From: Asterias rubens
Lineage: Eukaryota
Direction: 5' to 3'
Assembly: GCF_902459465.1 (NCBI RefSeq)
Contig: NC_047063.1
Span: 1,116,001-1,180,000, forward strand
DNA: 64,000 bases
Shown: piece after piece, positions 1 to 20,477 of the stretch
Numbering within the stretch: the first letter of the stretch is position 1
Layout: the number at the start of each line of letters is the position of its first letter
Notes under the pieces: generated by a model
Seen by the model: only the letters and a program-made list of their open reading frames with translations
Databases searched by the model: none
Told to the model about the DNA's origin: nothing
Position numbers and translations under genes: made by a program

Positions 1-71
1 TTCAACCGATCAGAGTAACGTTATGTTACTTTAATTCAGTCTAAGGTAAACCGTAAGGATAAACCCTCAAA

Positions 72-3000
72 ATGACGGAGTATAAAGGAGCAGCAAGTGA
101 GGCTGGTCGTGTTCGTCAGTTGATGATGAAAAGAGAAAAGCAACTTGAGGCTCTAGAAAAAAGAAAACAGAGAATTGAACAGGTGAGTTTGCAGATCGAG
201 TTTTTGTTTTAATATTTGCCCAATATGACCTTGCAGTGCACCATAGTTTGACCTTATTTATGAGTGACCATAGATGATGGACATGACATTTAATATAAAT
301 CAAATGACAGTTCACACAGGAAAGTTAAAGCATTTGTAAATGTTGTGATTCAACGCTATTTAATTTTAAATCATTTTTTTTGGTTTTTGTTTATTTGTTT
401 ATTTTTCAATTATTTTTTATTTTGAGGGGGGGGGGGGATCTGTCTTAACTGCTTAACTTTGCTTAACTTTGCTTAACTGCTTAAATTTGTTTTTTTCTTT
501 TGTTTTGTACAGTTTTGATGCTGGCGCGGAACCAGATTGTCTTTTTTAATGGTTGAAAAAGTCAAAATCTTGTATGCATGCGTATTCGTGTGTTCATGCG
601 CTAATCCGGCTTTGTAACGTTTTCTTCATAATATTAATAGCCGGTGCCATTAAACTGAAATTTAGTTACTTATGCCTTTAGAATCATTATGCCTGTAACC
701 ACCTTTTCTGAGTATTCCTAACTTCTGTTGTCTTTTTTGAATGGACTGGGGAAAAAGGTGAATTGAAATGAACTGAATTGATCCAAGCTTGGGATACATT
801 TTTTATCAATCAGAAAAAAATATGAATGTTTTCTTTTTTTCTAATTACAGGATAACTTCGGCAAAGTAGAGACTATTAGTGCCAAATTTTCAGCCCACTA
901 CGATGCTGTAGAACAACAACTCAAGAGCAGTACCATTGGTAGGAAGATTTAACTGATCTACAATAAAATGAGGAATCAGTCAACTCTGTCCCAAGTAAAC
1001 TTGTGTCGGACTCAAAGTCAACTTGGTCCAAGGTTAACTTAGTCCCTCGTGAACTTGGTAACATTACACAGAAACTATGCCAGCTTTGGAGTTTAAAGTA
1101 GCAGCAACTTTAATAAGTGCAGCAGATATAATTCTAGCCCACCTTGTTTGGCTGTTTTGACTTTCTTTTATCATGATATGACCAATGATAAAGGAGACAC
1201 ATAACAGCCCAAAAAGGTGGGCTACAAATAATTCATGCGCATGATGCAATGATTTTTAACAGGACTACACCATTTAGATATATAATTATATTACCAGGTT
1301 TTATTTTTGTGTTTAGGTCTGGTGACGTTAGATCAGATGAAAGCAAAGAGAGACATTCTGGTCAAAGAGCATGAAAAGGAATTAGCAAAGGCGTTTAATA
1401 ATCAGGAGAAGTTGTAAGTCATTAGATTATATGTGTAGAAATAGAACTTGGAGGCACGTTGTTTGATTATCTGTGTTTTGAATGTCTAGCAAGTTTCACC
1501 AGATCAACCATTGAGTAAGCAGAAATTTTCCATTTAGCTGAAGTAGCAGACACCAAGACATGTCACGTAGTTTTGATACTCTACTTTAATTCAGACTTAG
1601 AGGGGGTGCACAGCAGAAACTGATGACAATTGAGATCATCAATGTCAGGTTATGACACAGACTTTAATGAATTATCCAAATTTTCCTTACACTGTACAAC
1701 ATAAATACGTCTCATAACTCAAACCTAGCTCTGCATACTGTTGTATAACTGACCATCATTTTAAGAATGTAATAATAAGCCGATCTCATATGATGCTTTA
1801 TGGTGTCATAAAGCACCATATGAGATTGGCATATATAGCAAAAGTGGAGTGACTTCATTTGCTTCATTTCAGAGAGAAAGAGAAGAAAGCTCTGAAGAAG
1901 AAGAAATTGAAACTTTCAGGAACGCTGTCCTTCAATCTGGATGAAGATGGTGAAGAAGACAGTGATGAAGAAATTGGTATGTACAATGTACAACACTTTC
2001 TTGGGTTGGTGGGGAAAGGAAATAATTACAACTCTCAAGTTATTGTATGCATGATCAGGTTTTATGTTAGACTTGTGGACAAGTCGTTAAATGTCTGTCG
2101 CTGTGATAGTGTTCCGACTCTCTTCGCAATTCCCACGACACTGGTGGTAGTCTCGCGAGACTCCTGGCCCCTGCAAGACTTCTGCTCTCGCACTGTGCAG
2201 GCTCATTTAACGAGTGTTCGGCGGCCAGCAGCCAGCAGCTTCGCACGAGAGCAGTGATCTCGCGAGAGCAGTATTCGATCACAGAGATCTGAACCGTTAT
2301 GCCTCCACCACGACTCCACTATCACTGTGTCAAACCATTAGCGACTAGTCCTCAAGTGTAGTTTGTGTCCACCCATGGTGCACCCCTCCCTTGTGTAAAA
2401 ACACATAATATACGCCATGTCCTTAAAGTTATATGTGCGCATTACAAGTCTTATTATTATTATTACATTCTTTCTTCCCTTGTTGCAGAAACGGCCCCGG
2501 TTGTAAAGAAGAAGAAACTAGGCAAGAACCCTGATGTAGACACAAGCTTCCTTCCAGACAGAGAGAGAGAGGTCAGAGTTCAAATTAAGTCATTTTAATA
2601 ACTGCGTTTTAAAAACATGAATGTGAATCCTTGATTCTGATTGGTCAATCCATTGCAACACCAGTGTGATATTAAACCATATTGCGTGGTCCATTTCACA
2701 CCTTGCATATTGCGCCGTTTGAACCACAGGTATTGCACTACTTTAAGCTGCATGTCAAGTTTGCTTTGAGATAAATTTCATATCAGGCGCGCATTCATGG
2801 ATTAGAGAAAAACAAAGCATGACTGCGTCCCATATACAAATCAGACCTCAGTGGATACCAGATTCAGAAGTGCTATATTTGTCTGTATTCCAAACGCACT
2901 TGTGTGCAAACCAATTGCTGGCGTGTCAGTAACAGAACATTAAACTTGATGTCAAGGTATCTGGGAGTTATTTCTTGAGGTCTGTCATGCGAGGAATACA

Positions 3001-6000
3001 ATACTTTAGGGGAAGTGCAAGGGTTTTACATAGATGAGCTGGATAGAGCAAGGCCAAATTTCATAGAGCAGCTTAAGCACAAAATGTTGCTTATATGGGT
3101 AGGATACCACTCACATTTTGTACATGTGATATGGCATTTTGGCTGGTAACCTTATTCTAGTTTTGTTGTACTTGGCTACTTTTTGTTCTTAAGCATCGCT
3201 ATTAAATTGGGCCCTGGTGATCTCTGAATGATTTCACAATAGAGCAGGGTATACAATAAAATCAAGTCCCTTTTTATGTTTGTTTGAGCAGGAAGAGGAA
3301 AGTAAGGAGAGGGAGAAGTTGAGACAGGAGTGGCAGGAGAGACAGAGTAGAATCAAGAGTAAGTCATGTCTGTTGACGTTTTTAAAAACCTTTCATGGGT
3401 ATCTACTTTCTGTGAAATTTGAATGTAAAGTTTGGAGTCTCTAAAGTTGATTTAAAAACTGCTTGCTTGGAAATGCACTGGAATAATCAACATACCTTTC
3501 TATTTTGTTAACAATGTGACATTCTGGTCCATGAGATATTGAACACATAATGGGGTCTTTTGGACTGAGTATAAGATAATAATTCATACTTGCTTCTCTC
3601 CACACAGGAGTATAGACTCAGACATCTATATATCTAACTACAGTTTTGATTGTATTTCTTGATTGTAGGTGATGAGATTGAGATAACCTACAGTTACTGG
3701 GATGGATCAGGCCACAGACGGAGTGTCAAAGTAAGCAGATAGTGTATTAAAGGATCATAGTAAAGTACATGCACAGACAACACACATCTACAAACAGTCA
3801 TCCAACTATAAGCAAGTTTGTCGTCCCAGCTCTAATCTGTATATAAAGTGTGCGCCCAAGTCTAGCTCATTTGTAAAGTGAGATGTCCAACACCAACCCA
3901 GACAAATAATGCTATACTGAACCATTAAGTGTGACAACCCACTGAAACCCAGTCATAAAGTGCGACACCCAACTAGAACCCAGTCTTAAAGTGTGACGCC
4001 CAGCTAGAACCCAGTCATAAAGTGTGACGCCCAGCTAGAACCAAGTCATAAAGTGTGACACCCAACTAGAACCCAGTCATAAAGTGCGACAACCTACTAG
4101 AACCCAGTCATAAAGTGTGATGCCCAGCTAGAACCCAGTCATAAAGTGTGACGCCCAGCTAGAACCCAGTCATAAAGTGTGACGCCCAGCTAGAACCAAG
4201 TCATAAAGTGTGACACCCAACTAGAACCCAGTCATAAAGTGCGACAACCTACTAGAACCCAGTCATAAAGTGTGATGCCCAGCTAGAACCCAGTCATAAA
4301 GTGTGACGCCCAGCTAGAACCAAGTCATAAAGTGTGACACCCAACTAGAACCCAGTCATAAAGTGTGACGCCCAGCTAGAACCCAGTCATAAAGTGTGAC
4401 ACCCAACTAGAACCCAGTCATAAAGTGTGACGCCCAGCTAGAACCAAGTCATAAAGTGTGACACCCAACTAGAACCCAGTCATAAAGTGTGACGCCCAGC
4501 TAGAACCCAGTCATAAAGTGTGACACCCAACTAGAACCCAGTCACTAACTGATCCTCCACTGTTGGAATTAGTGTGGGATGCTAACCATCATATTACTGT
4601 ACCGTTATCTCACTGTCTAGATGAAGAAAGGAGACACAATCCAAAGATTTCTGCAGCGATGTCTTGAAACACTCAAGAAAGATTTCCACGAACTAAAGTA
4701 AGACAATGGGCTGAATACTTTGTCATTGGCCAGAAGGCTAAGGTAAAAACCAAAATAACTGTTGTGAAAGGTAATTCATGGCTGGCAATTTGGCCGCAAA
4801 CATTCCTGGTCGATTGCCTTACCGTAAACCCAACAAAATGAACACTGGGGGTGGGGGCAATTGTGTGTGCCAATGTATTTATTTGTTGTGCATGATAACA
4901 TCCAAGTTTCCAATGTATATTGCTTTTATTTCAGGGCGGTCACAGTGGAGCAGATGATGTACATCAAAGAGGATTTGATTATACCGCATGTAAGTTGCAT
5001 TTGTTGAATTCAGTTAATAGTTATAATAAGATAGGATTCTTAGAGAGTGCATATATCCTACAGGCTTTATCAAGGCACTTTATAAACATTAGTAATCCCT
5101 GTTTATCAAACTTTCTCATCTCTGTGAGGAGTATACAACCCCAAGCTGCTTAAATTAGTGCTAAGGGGTGAATCCAACACACTACTGTTTAAGCACTCAC
5201 AGATTCCCATTTCAATCAAACATCTGATTTCATAGAAAATACATAGTCTTTGTTTGAGTTGTTTTCTTGCTGTACACGAGACTTGTACATGTAAGTGTAT
5301 TGCCTCTGATGGATACCATATTTACTTTGTGTACTTTTTTAATTGCAGCATCATAGTTTCTACGATTTCATCGTCACAAAAGCTAGAGGAAAGAGCGGTA
5401 AGAAACCAATTAGACTCGAATGATTCAAAGTGTAATAATTGTTGTAATGTTACTAAATTCTTATTTGTTATACTTTTGCAAGGGTCTTTGAGCGGGGGAC
5501 TTGCCCTCCCCCCCCCCAAAAAAACCCCAACAAAAACACTTATTGATTTAAGAACTCTTAATAATGGATTGATTGTTTTTTGTTGTCTTATTTGTGTAGG
5601 TCCTCTCTTCAGTTTTGACGTTCATGATGATATCAGGATAACCAACGATGCCAGTGTTGAGAAAGATGAGGTAACTTTATAAACATCATAATTTAGTCAC
5701 CTAAAATTTCAGGTCCTTTTTTGTTCTCAAAAAGGTGAAAACCCTGTTGTTTGGTTCATATGGTTGCTGACAATAATATGAACATGTACAAAAAAAATGT
5801 TTTAAAAATTGAGTTCATTCAGAACTGGAATTGTGCTCATTCAGAAGAGGATTGTTATTCTTGTTATCCTTGTTTAAAGTTGTTGAACAGGCTTTCAGCG
5901 AGTACCAGCGATAGAACTAGACATTGGAATAAGATAGTGTTTTGACAAACCAATGAGTTGCCATGCATTTAGTAATAACTGGCGTTGATATATCCCATCC

Positions 6001-6586
6001 CAGTCTCATGCAGGCAAGGTGGTCTTAAGGAGTTGGTTTGAGAGGAATAAACACATCTTTCCTGCCAGTCGCTGGGAGCCGTACGACCCAGAGAAGAAGT
6101 GGGATAAATACACGGTAAGCCAAACAATCTTTCATAGATATTTCACTGTAGGATTCCGACTTTGGAATACCTTTTTACCAGCTATAAGGGACTTGGGTCG
6201 TTGTAAACCGTTTACTTCATTTCTTTCATGATCTCTAACTGCCCTTCCATTCAAGTAGTTAAATCCCACATTTCATTGACCCAATTCAACTGATGACATC
6301 ACCACAATCGTCTTTATAGCACCATTTTGTGAGTCAGTTTCCCGCTGTATTGTATGGTGGAATGTGCATTGCAGACGGCACAAGCAGACCCAATACACAG
6401 GCTTTAACTAACTTTTATAACCCTAACAGATAATGTTATAAAACAGGGTGTATGAATGTCCCAGAAATGGCGGAAAACACAGGTACATCCGCAAAAGACT
6501 AGTCTTCGTAAACTTCTGCCTAATTTGAGATTGAGTTGGATGATTAAAACTTCTTTTTTTCTTGCCCTCCTTTTCAGATAAAGTAA
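72..6586 (+). CDS. FAM50A: FAM50/XAP5 family nuclear spliceosome-associated protein, 13 coding exons, 327 aa
   Basis: Exons 72-182, 851-938, 1317-1413, 1873-1976, 2489-2571, 3292-3358, 3669-3730, 4621-4697, 4935-4989, 5349-5397, 5600-5670, 6004-6114, 6578-6586. All introns GT-AG, phases consistent, 984 nt. Hallmark motifs: [116 protein letters not shown]. Confidence 0.97.
3052..3214. mobile_element. MITE-like element with GGCCAAATTTCATAG / TATTAAATTGGGCC termini
   Basis: Short imperfect inverted termini. Related sequence (gcttaagcac / gctttatgaaatttggccc) recurs near 39040-39134 and 59200-59290. Confidence 0.5.
3925..4544. repeat. 31-bp minisatellite (about 20 copies) in FAM50 intron 7
   Basis: Consensus AAAGTGTGACGCCCAGCTAGAACCCAGTCAT with exact 31-bp period (4021 vs 4052). 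Degenerate copies extend left to about 3845. Confidence 0.97.
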
Positions 6587-7394
6587 ATCAAAGTTCTTCA
6601 AGGGTTTGAGTCAACATGCATCATGATCTCGCTGATCAGCAAAACTGGATAGCAGGAACATTAATAGTTCTTATAAAGTGCTGTATCACACCCAACAGCA
6701 TCTAGCAATGCTCCCAACAAATATGAAGCGCATATTCGAATTATAAGACCTATTTGTACAGCACACTTTGTTTCTTGTATACTCGGGTTATTATAATACC
6801 ATTTTAGTAGCAACAAATGACTTGAGTTTACAGAGTATCGTTATCGCTTCCCAAGAAAATTACTACCTGACTTCAATTTGTTTGGGTTTGGTAACAGCTT
6901 CTACTCCAGAAGACGATCAGAGCATACTGATCAAAGCGTCAAGTTGAAACCAACGGTTCTTTTTAGAACCATCCCAACTAATTTAAAGATAGTCATTGCA
7001 TGGTGTCACCGCAAACCTTTTCATATCATATAGCCACACATATCTTTATAGAAAGAAGTGCAGGTTTCTTTTGTGTAAGCTTTACTTTTGACAGGGTTTG
7101 CCTGTACATTTTTCAGTGACTAGCTAGGGGATCGGTTAACTTGTCATTAAGTAGCCCACTAGTTTTTATCACTGGTTTATCTTTCATAGATAGGGATTCT
7201 TTTCAACACTAGTCAATCGGACAACTTGGACCAAATTTTGACTTGTTCAGAGGTATATAAACTAGCAATAGCATTTGGCCAGCAGAAAATGCCAGCTGAA
7301 GTAAATGAGAAATATGTAAACATATGTTAAAGCTGGAATTACATTGGAAACCCAGTTATTTATCATTGTATGTTTATCGTCTGAACCAAGGCCA

Positions 7395-7512
7395 GGGGTG
7401 GATTTCACAAAGTTAGAACTAGTCTTACCTCGAGTTAGGACCAGTTACTCGTCCTAACTTGGGTCTATCCATGCAATTTGTATATCTCCTAACTCCTTTA
7501 TGAAATCGACCC
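7395..7512. mobile_element. MITE of the GATTTCACAAA / TTGTGAAATC family
   Basis: Termini GGGGTGGATTTCACAAAG ... TTTATGAAATCGACCC, internal ttaggac/gtcctaa motifs. Relatives at about 35554-35716, 37553-37710 and 42192-42365. Confidence 0.7.
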
Positions 7513-10500
7513 GTGGAATCACATGGAGGCAATGGGCCTCAGTTGCCCTGGTCTTGTCGTTGGTGCCCCTTAATAGTTACAGATAGACGTTCAATGGAAG
7601 TGCCTGTTGCAAAGTAAAAATAGCCTCGCTTCTTCTTCCAAGATGAAATTTCAGGCCTGGCCAAATCCCATTTTTATTAGTCATGGTAACTCGTTATGGT
7701 ACTTCTAGAGCCAAAATTGGGAGTTTGTTTTATTATTGGGTCATTTGGTACAGAACAGTATTTGTCATTAAATGTTAATACAATATATCCTTCATCTACT
7801 GTAAATTTATTTCAATATCAGTGTAGTGTAATCCAACCAGCCTTGTACTGTGGCTGCCCCAAAGAAAAATACACAATAGCATACTTCCAGTTTCTTGTTT
7901 TGGTAGTCAATGACCCTGTGCGTTATACTGTGTAGTGCAAATTATATGCTCTCGACATACAAAAAGATCGGCCTCCAACTGAGAAATACCACCACCCCTG
8001 ACCCCCTCCACGAAAATCTTTGAAGTGTAAGGGTATTTCACAGGTAAGGTGAAAACGAGCATACGTGTCAGCCCCATCTCAGTAAAGGGTAGGCTAGCTT
8101 GAACATTATGACATCGGTCACACTTCAAGGCTCGTGAATGATGCCAGAGATCTGCCTTGAACCTACATACATAATCACCTTTGACCCGCATTCATTTACA
8201 TGGCTTTCATGGTTTTGGAGATTCAAATCCAACATACATGAGTATACATAAGAAACCAATACCTTGGGGATAAAGACAGGAGACCAATTTAAGGATAGGC
8301 TTCCCTTTGACCTCATCGGGGGCGCTGTTTGAGCACGGGACTTGATATCCAAGTGGGACATTTTCTAAACCACAACTTTGGTCTGAGCTCCAGCTTTGGC
8401 TCCATTAGTTATTTGTAAAAATGTGCTTTTGTTTGTGCCACAAATCGGAGCCTAATAAAGCCAAGGTCCAAACCTAAGTTTTCCCCTTGAACCAAAACTT
8501 CTCTAAATAACACAAATATCCGACTAAAACCTGTCAATGAATCCCATCTGTTTAATCAACTGTTACTCACTGGATGACTTACGGTAATAAATACACGAAC
8601 TTATAGAAATTTAAAATTAACGCGGTTTTGTTTTTTTCAACCGCCAGATTGACGGTTCCCTAACATTTAAACACAAACTCGTGACGCTAAAAATAAAACA
8701 AGCTTTCCTACTCATCTACTCAATAATGGCCGGAAATAACAGACTACAAATATATTACAATTCATGTTTATATAACGACAGGACGCTGTTAATTCTCCTA
8801 ACATACCAAATATTATTAAAAATGAATATAGCGAACAAAATAAAGAGAACTTTAGAATGAAGACAGTCAAACTCTTAAAAATGTCAAGAAAAAAATGAAC
8901 CTGGATCGTAACAAAATGGTGGAAGATTGCCGCATCTAATAGGAGGAGTTTGTGATGCACAAAAGTGGCTCAGCACAAATAAACTAATACATTTTCCACT
9001 TCAGTTCTCTAGGAGCTTTTCCCAACAAAAGGATTTGCCGCTTTGTAGATTTGTTCTTATAAAAGTTATGAAGTTGGGCCCAGATATACCAAGTAAATTT
9101 CCATGGTTTAAAATAACCCTGTGTTAGTTAACATTTTCAAGAACAAAATATTTCTTGTTGCCCTCCAAAATGTCTTTGTGCTGGTTTGAAAGGATCATCA
9201 AAATGACCCAATTCACCCGACCACAACAAATCTTTGATGCACAATTTTGGGACTGGGTTTCCCTTGTACACAACTTAACTTACATGTAGTTTGCCGGCAT
9301 ACCATACACACACAGACAGTGGCTGCGTGAGGTTTAACACAAATGATCTATACAAAGCAGGCAAGCTTTTGAAATTTGCATCAATTCAATAATTTTGTTC
9401 CTCATGGGGGTATTTCCTCAAGATGGCGGTAGTATAAGTGGAAATATCGCCCAAACTGCTTGGTGCTTGTACAAACTGTACAATCCATTTAACATTTTGA
9501 ATAACAATAGCAATACTACTATGCACTTCTGAAAGAGTTCCTTTAACCAATTAGTCAGTTCATTTTAAGATAACTATACCACAAATTCCTTTCCACATGG
9601 AACAGAGAAAATATTTTCTGAATAGTAATAAAGCAGAGCTTACACTTTGCAGTTAACCAGTCACAGCCAACACCTGCTACAAGGCATTCTGATTGGTAAC
9701 CCAGTCCTGCTAAGCAAGACTGATCTAATGTTGCTAAATAGCAGTTAAAATGATATATATAAATCTTGGACCCTGGATAGTTTTCCAGAAGGCTTGCACT
9801 CAATTAAACAAAAATTACTAATTCGTAACTTGCTTATTTACAAAAGCATTCCATTTTTGTGTACAAGCATGGCACTCCAAGGTGCTTCAACATTTTGAAC
9901 CATCCACTCCATTTTGAATGGATTGCTTAACAGTACAGCAACTTGATTTCATTTTACCACTATTGGAAAGATCTTATCTTTCTCTTTCCGAACTATGTAA
10001 GCTTGGCTGTTGTGGGACTGGGGGTGACCATGGAAGAAATACAGCTACAACAAAATGGCCTTTGTGCGCTCAGGTTTCAATCGTTTTGTGTGTGTGTGTG
10101 TGTGTGTGTAATCTAGGGGCGATTGAAAAAAAGTTAAGGGAAACCCCTATTAGGTCGACTAAAGTTGCCTATGGTAAGGAATGGATGAAAGTAAATTGAC
10201 AGAAACAGCTCAGTTATCAGGACTTTCTCCAAATAAACAACTTCTGTACAGATTTTTGAATGCACAATTTCTCTTTTCTAGAACCATTTACGCCTCTCAA
10301 GTAACAGTTGAGGGATATTGATCCCACATGAAAAACAACTTGGATGGACAATTGTTAAGTTGACAGTTTGTAAGAAAATTACTGAGCTTGATTTCTAGTG
10401 TACTGACAGGTATGGTGGCCCTTGAAACATGTCTATTAATAACAAGCCTAGCTTCCACTTGTATGATCCTAACCACACAAAATCCATTGGAATGCCATGT

Positions 10501-11246
10501 TTAAAAAAAAAAATTAGTTTGAAAAGTCCATCTGCAGGCCTAGCTAAAATTTGATATATTTCTATTTGATAAAGCCTCCAAAGTCGACACTCGAAGCTAG
10601 GAATACCACTTTCATAATTCTTTAGTCACTATAAATGTTTCGCTAAAGTGTCACTGGTTCCCCTATGCGCTTTACACATGTTAGAATAGAATATGCTGTT
10701 GGGACCAGTGAAGAAACCATGGGCACCAGGCGAGTTCCAAATGGTCGACCACAGTAGTCAACCAATGTTCGACCAGCCTGGGTTCAAGTGCAAATGGTCA
10801 ACCTTTAATTAACCATTGTGCACACTTGAACTTGCTCCTAGTGGTTAACCAAGCAATCATGCAATGGAATTAGAAAACTACTTGCCGATGCAGTAATTAA
10901 ACACAACGAATATTTGGGGGCTAAAAATAGCCGACTTAACACTGTGTGATGTCATGTGGGAACTTTCCATTAAGCTATAGGATTTTGATGGATTCACTGG
11001 GGTTCATCATAAAAAAAACCTTCCTTTGATCAAGAATCGTTCAAGTTAATTCGTTAACAGTGTCAGGAATTCTAAATTGATGCGAACCAAGCGTAACAAA
11101 ACAAACAGTCCCACCACACCAACAAAAACCAAAAAAAGGAAAGAAAAATAATATTGTTCATAACATTAGCTCTTTTAACTAGAAGATTTTGTACATATGA
11201 TGTGAGCTATACAAGGATACAAAGATGACGACAGACACAATGTGAT

Positions 11247-17499
<6,253 letters not shown>

Positions 17500-17660
17500 C
17501 GTTTTACGATGTTCTACTCCACTTGGTTACTCCAAATTCTCCCAGTACAATGTTGAGGAAAACAGCTGTAGTACACTCTCAAACGAATTCAACAAATATT
17601 TGAGCAAAATCAAAGATTTTCTCCAAATAAAAACACGGCAATTACTCTTTTCGTTTCAGT

Positions 17661-17746
17661 GCCACGTAATCTAGCGCACGTTGGCTGATTTTAGTGACGT
17701 CACTACCCTTAGTCTTTATTTACACACACTGCCCACAAGGGGGCGC
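17661..17746 (-). promoter_or_regulatory. ARF proximal promoter / 5' region motifs
   Basis: ACGTGGC on the minus strand (17667-17661), palindromic TGACGTCA (17695-17702) and CTCF-like CCACAAGGGGGCGC (17733-17746), 160-250 bp upstream of the ATG. Confidence 0.45.
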
Positions 17747-19398
17747 TATGTCACTTTAACGGTCGTCCTTGTCGGGGGCGTGTCGCCAAACAAATAAAAT
17801 TCAGTATGTATGAAGGGGAGTAGGCCTAGATATTAAAACCACTTGTATTGTTTTCAAAACCACCACAACTCTTTAGGTTTAGGTAGACAGAAGGTAGCAG
17901 CGCTTTGCTAAGCTCAATTTTGTTCCACCATTCAACATTAACTTGTCTTGAAACTTTTTCTTGAGATAAATTATTGTATTAACGGCGAAATTATAAGGGT
18001 GCACTGAGGCAAGAGCCATTCCCTTGGATCCTGGGAAGTGTGCATGGTAGCCCGTGTTTAGGTTTAATACCACCTGTGTTGATCAGAATTATTGACGGTA
18101 TGAATCCCCTGAATCGTGGCCCAATAACTTAAAATCAGGGATTCACTCCATCTCAACTACATTTCAGCTTATTGTATTGGCGATATTCGCTGACGGACGG
18201 GGTATTCATGCGGACCACAGCGTGAGCGTCACCGAAATTTACTTTTCAGTCTCCGTGCGCCGTTAGGGCTTTGCGGTAAAAGTGTTGGACGCAAACTGGT
18301 GACCGAGTGACGCCAGAACTCAGTAGAAGGACATTATTTGGAAGCAGGTGTTGATGATGACATGAATGGAAGGAACGCAGGAGCAGTTGATTTACCAATG
18401 AGTTCCTGCTTGTACTATTCGAAGAACCGTCCGTGTAGGCCTACTGAACGGATTTGCTAAAGTGAAGTCCTGAATAAGCCACAGTGTCGGGTCTAAATTT
18501 AGCCAAGTACGGAGCCTATATAGGAAATGGGATGGGACACAAACAAATTAATTACTAAAGAACCCCCAATGAGCAATATCACTTTGTCTATGTTGACTTT
18601 GTTTTAGCCTAACTTTCGCTCAGGCCTATCCCCTCACCATAAACGCATTTTGTAAAGGCAGTTTAATCCGTGGGATTTAACTATTTTCTGAGAAAATCTT
18701 AAGATTTAAATATGATTGTGTCCTCTCAAAACCAATACTTTACAACTTTACATGGTTTTAGTTCTTTTTGTGGACATAATTTTTGTTGGAAAATGATTTC
18801 TCTACGGTCGTTACACATTAGTGCCCCTATAAATGTAGGTATGTCTTTAAAGGCCTTGGAACAGAAAAACACTGTTGTTAAATATATACTCACTCGTTGT
18901 TGATATACACTGTTTGTTAAAACCCTTATAATGTGCCCTCAGTTAGTTCAGTCTGTCATTAGGATAGGCGTGGCCTACATCACTAATCAGGCATGACGGT
19001 GATTATGCTGAGGGGTACGGTACCTCAACCATACCTCGTGGGTCTGAAGGGTAATAATAGATCGGTTTACGTCCGTCGGTGAATTCCATGGGTCTGCATT
19101 ATTGATTTGAATTATTAACATGATACACTACCAATGTGTATACACATTGTGCCTGTGGGAAAATCATGAGTGTGCAAGCACTCAAACCATAATGCACGGG
19201 TGGATGGTGTTCACGTATAAATTAGCTTAGGGATTTCTTGAATTGCTAATGAGGTTGCTTGTGTTACGGTACCCACGCATGAGATTCACGTGCAGTTTTA
19301 TATAAAGGCGCGCGTTAAAGAAACCACTGGCAGTTAAATCATAGTACAAACGGCTGTCTGGCAGAACACTCCATCACTAGTAATTTAATTTCTGAATC

Positions 19399-20477
19399 AT
19401 GAGGCAGACCAACAAATCAAAGAAGAAATTGGGGACGGGATGTGAAGAAGTACTCCATCAGCGGTTCAAGGCACCATCAGCAAGAAAAGATGTCAACGAT
19501 AACAACATAAGCAATGGAACAACATCTCTGGTGAGCAATTGTGGACTGAAGACGAGGATAGGAGACGTTGGCGAGTCTAGTTACCAACCCCTACCTGTGA
19601 TAGCAAGGTTATTTTTCTACGGTATGCACGGGTTCCTGGATGAAATTGTTTTCACGGCCTTGTATGATATTTTGGTACACGGTAAACCAAATTACCAGGT
19701 GAGATGTTTGTTCAATTTATTGCCACTAAAACTTGCATGACGTTCGCTATTTTTTAAAATTTTATTCTACCACTATCTACCTGCACAATTTCCACCAATA
19801 TGAATAGCATCGTTTTTATTGTTGACTTAATTATTTAAAGTCACTCATTAATAGAGAGGTCAAGGTACGAAACACAAGGCATGACTACGACTTTATGAGG
19901 AATATTGACTTGTGAGAAACATTACTTATGAAGTCAAAGTTTTAGCTTAATAAATCCTTTCTACAGAACTGCCATTTATTGTAATTTGATGAAGAGCTAC
20001 AATACGTCCGAAGAAAGTTCAGAAACGAATATTATTTTAGGCATAAATCTATGGGGTTATATTCCACAAAAAATGCAAACGTATCTGTCTTTGCAAGTCT
20101 TCAGAAAAATTATATAAAAATATTGTATTTCTTCCAAATAGCTGGTTGGCTACTCTTCAATATATTCCTTCTTCATTTACGGAAGCGGAAGCTACATAAT
20201 CGAGCGTATTTACGTCAATTTACGTCATCGGGTTCAACTGGGTGTCAGGATAGCCATTTACGTATGTATCGCGTTCCTATGGGAGCTTAGCGCCGGGCTT
20301 ATCCTACGGCAGTTTGATGCTTGTTCATGGGACTACAGCGATAGGTCACTGAACTTCTTGGGTCTCATCACTCTGACGTATACACCATGCTGGGCTCTGT
20401 GTGGACTTTGGCAAGATTGTTTATCGCGGTATCTACTCAATTTGAGAGTGGTGCCGCCTTCAATGAAACTTACCTAA
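19399..20477 (+). CDS. TMEM229: TMEM229 family transmembrane protein, 2 coding exons, about 211 aa
   Basis: Exons 19399-19698 and 20142-20477 (GT-AG, phase 0). Family motifs RLFFYGMHGFLDEIVFTA, YSSIYSFFIYG, LWELSAGLILRQFDACSWDYS, NFLGLITLTY. Start codon choice uncertain. Confidence 0.9.

Noticed and set aside
3925-4544. CRISPR-like array
   Set aside because: Units are contiguous with no unique spacers, it lies in a eukaryotic intron, and no cas genes are present; it is a minisatellite.
9419-9435. CAAGATGGCGG (YY1 / start-codon-like) suggesting a hidden gene between FAM50 and ARF
   Set aside because: Reads ATG GCG GTA GTA TAA with no convincing donor or downstream exons; no recognisable protein in 6600-11200.
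18350-18448. Possible C/D box snoRNA (ATGATGA ... CTGA)
   Set aside because: Weak terminal stem, not inside an identified host intron, and no guide complementarity I can recognise.
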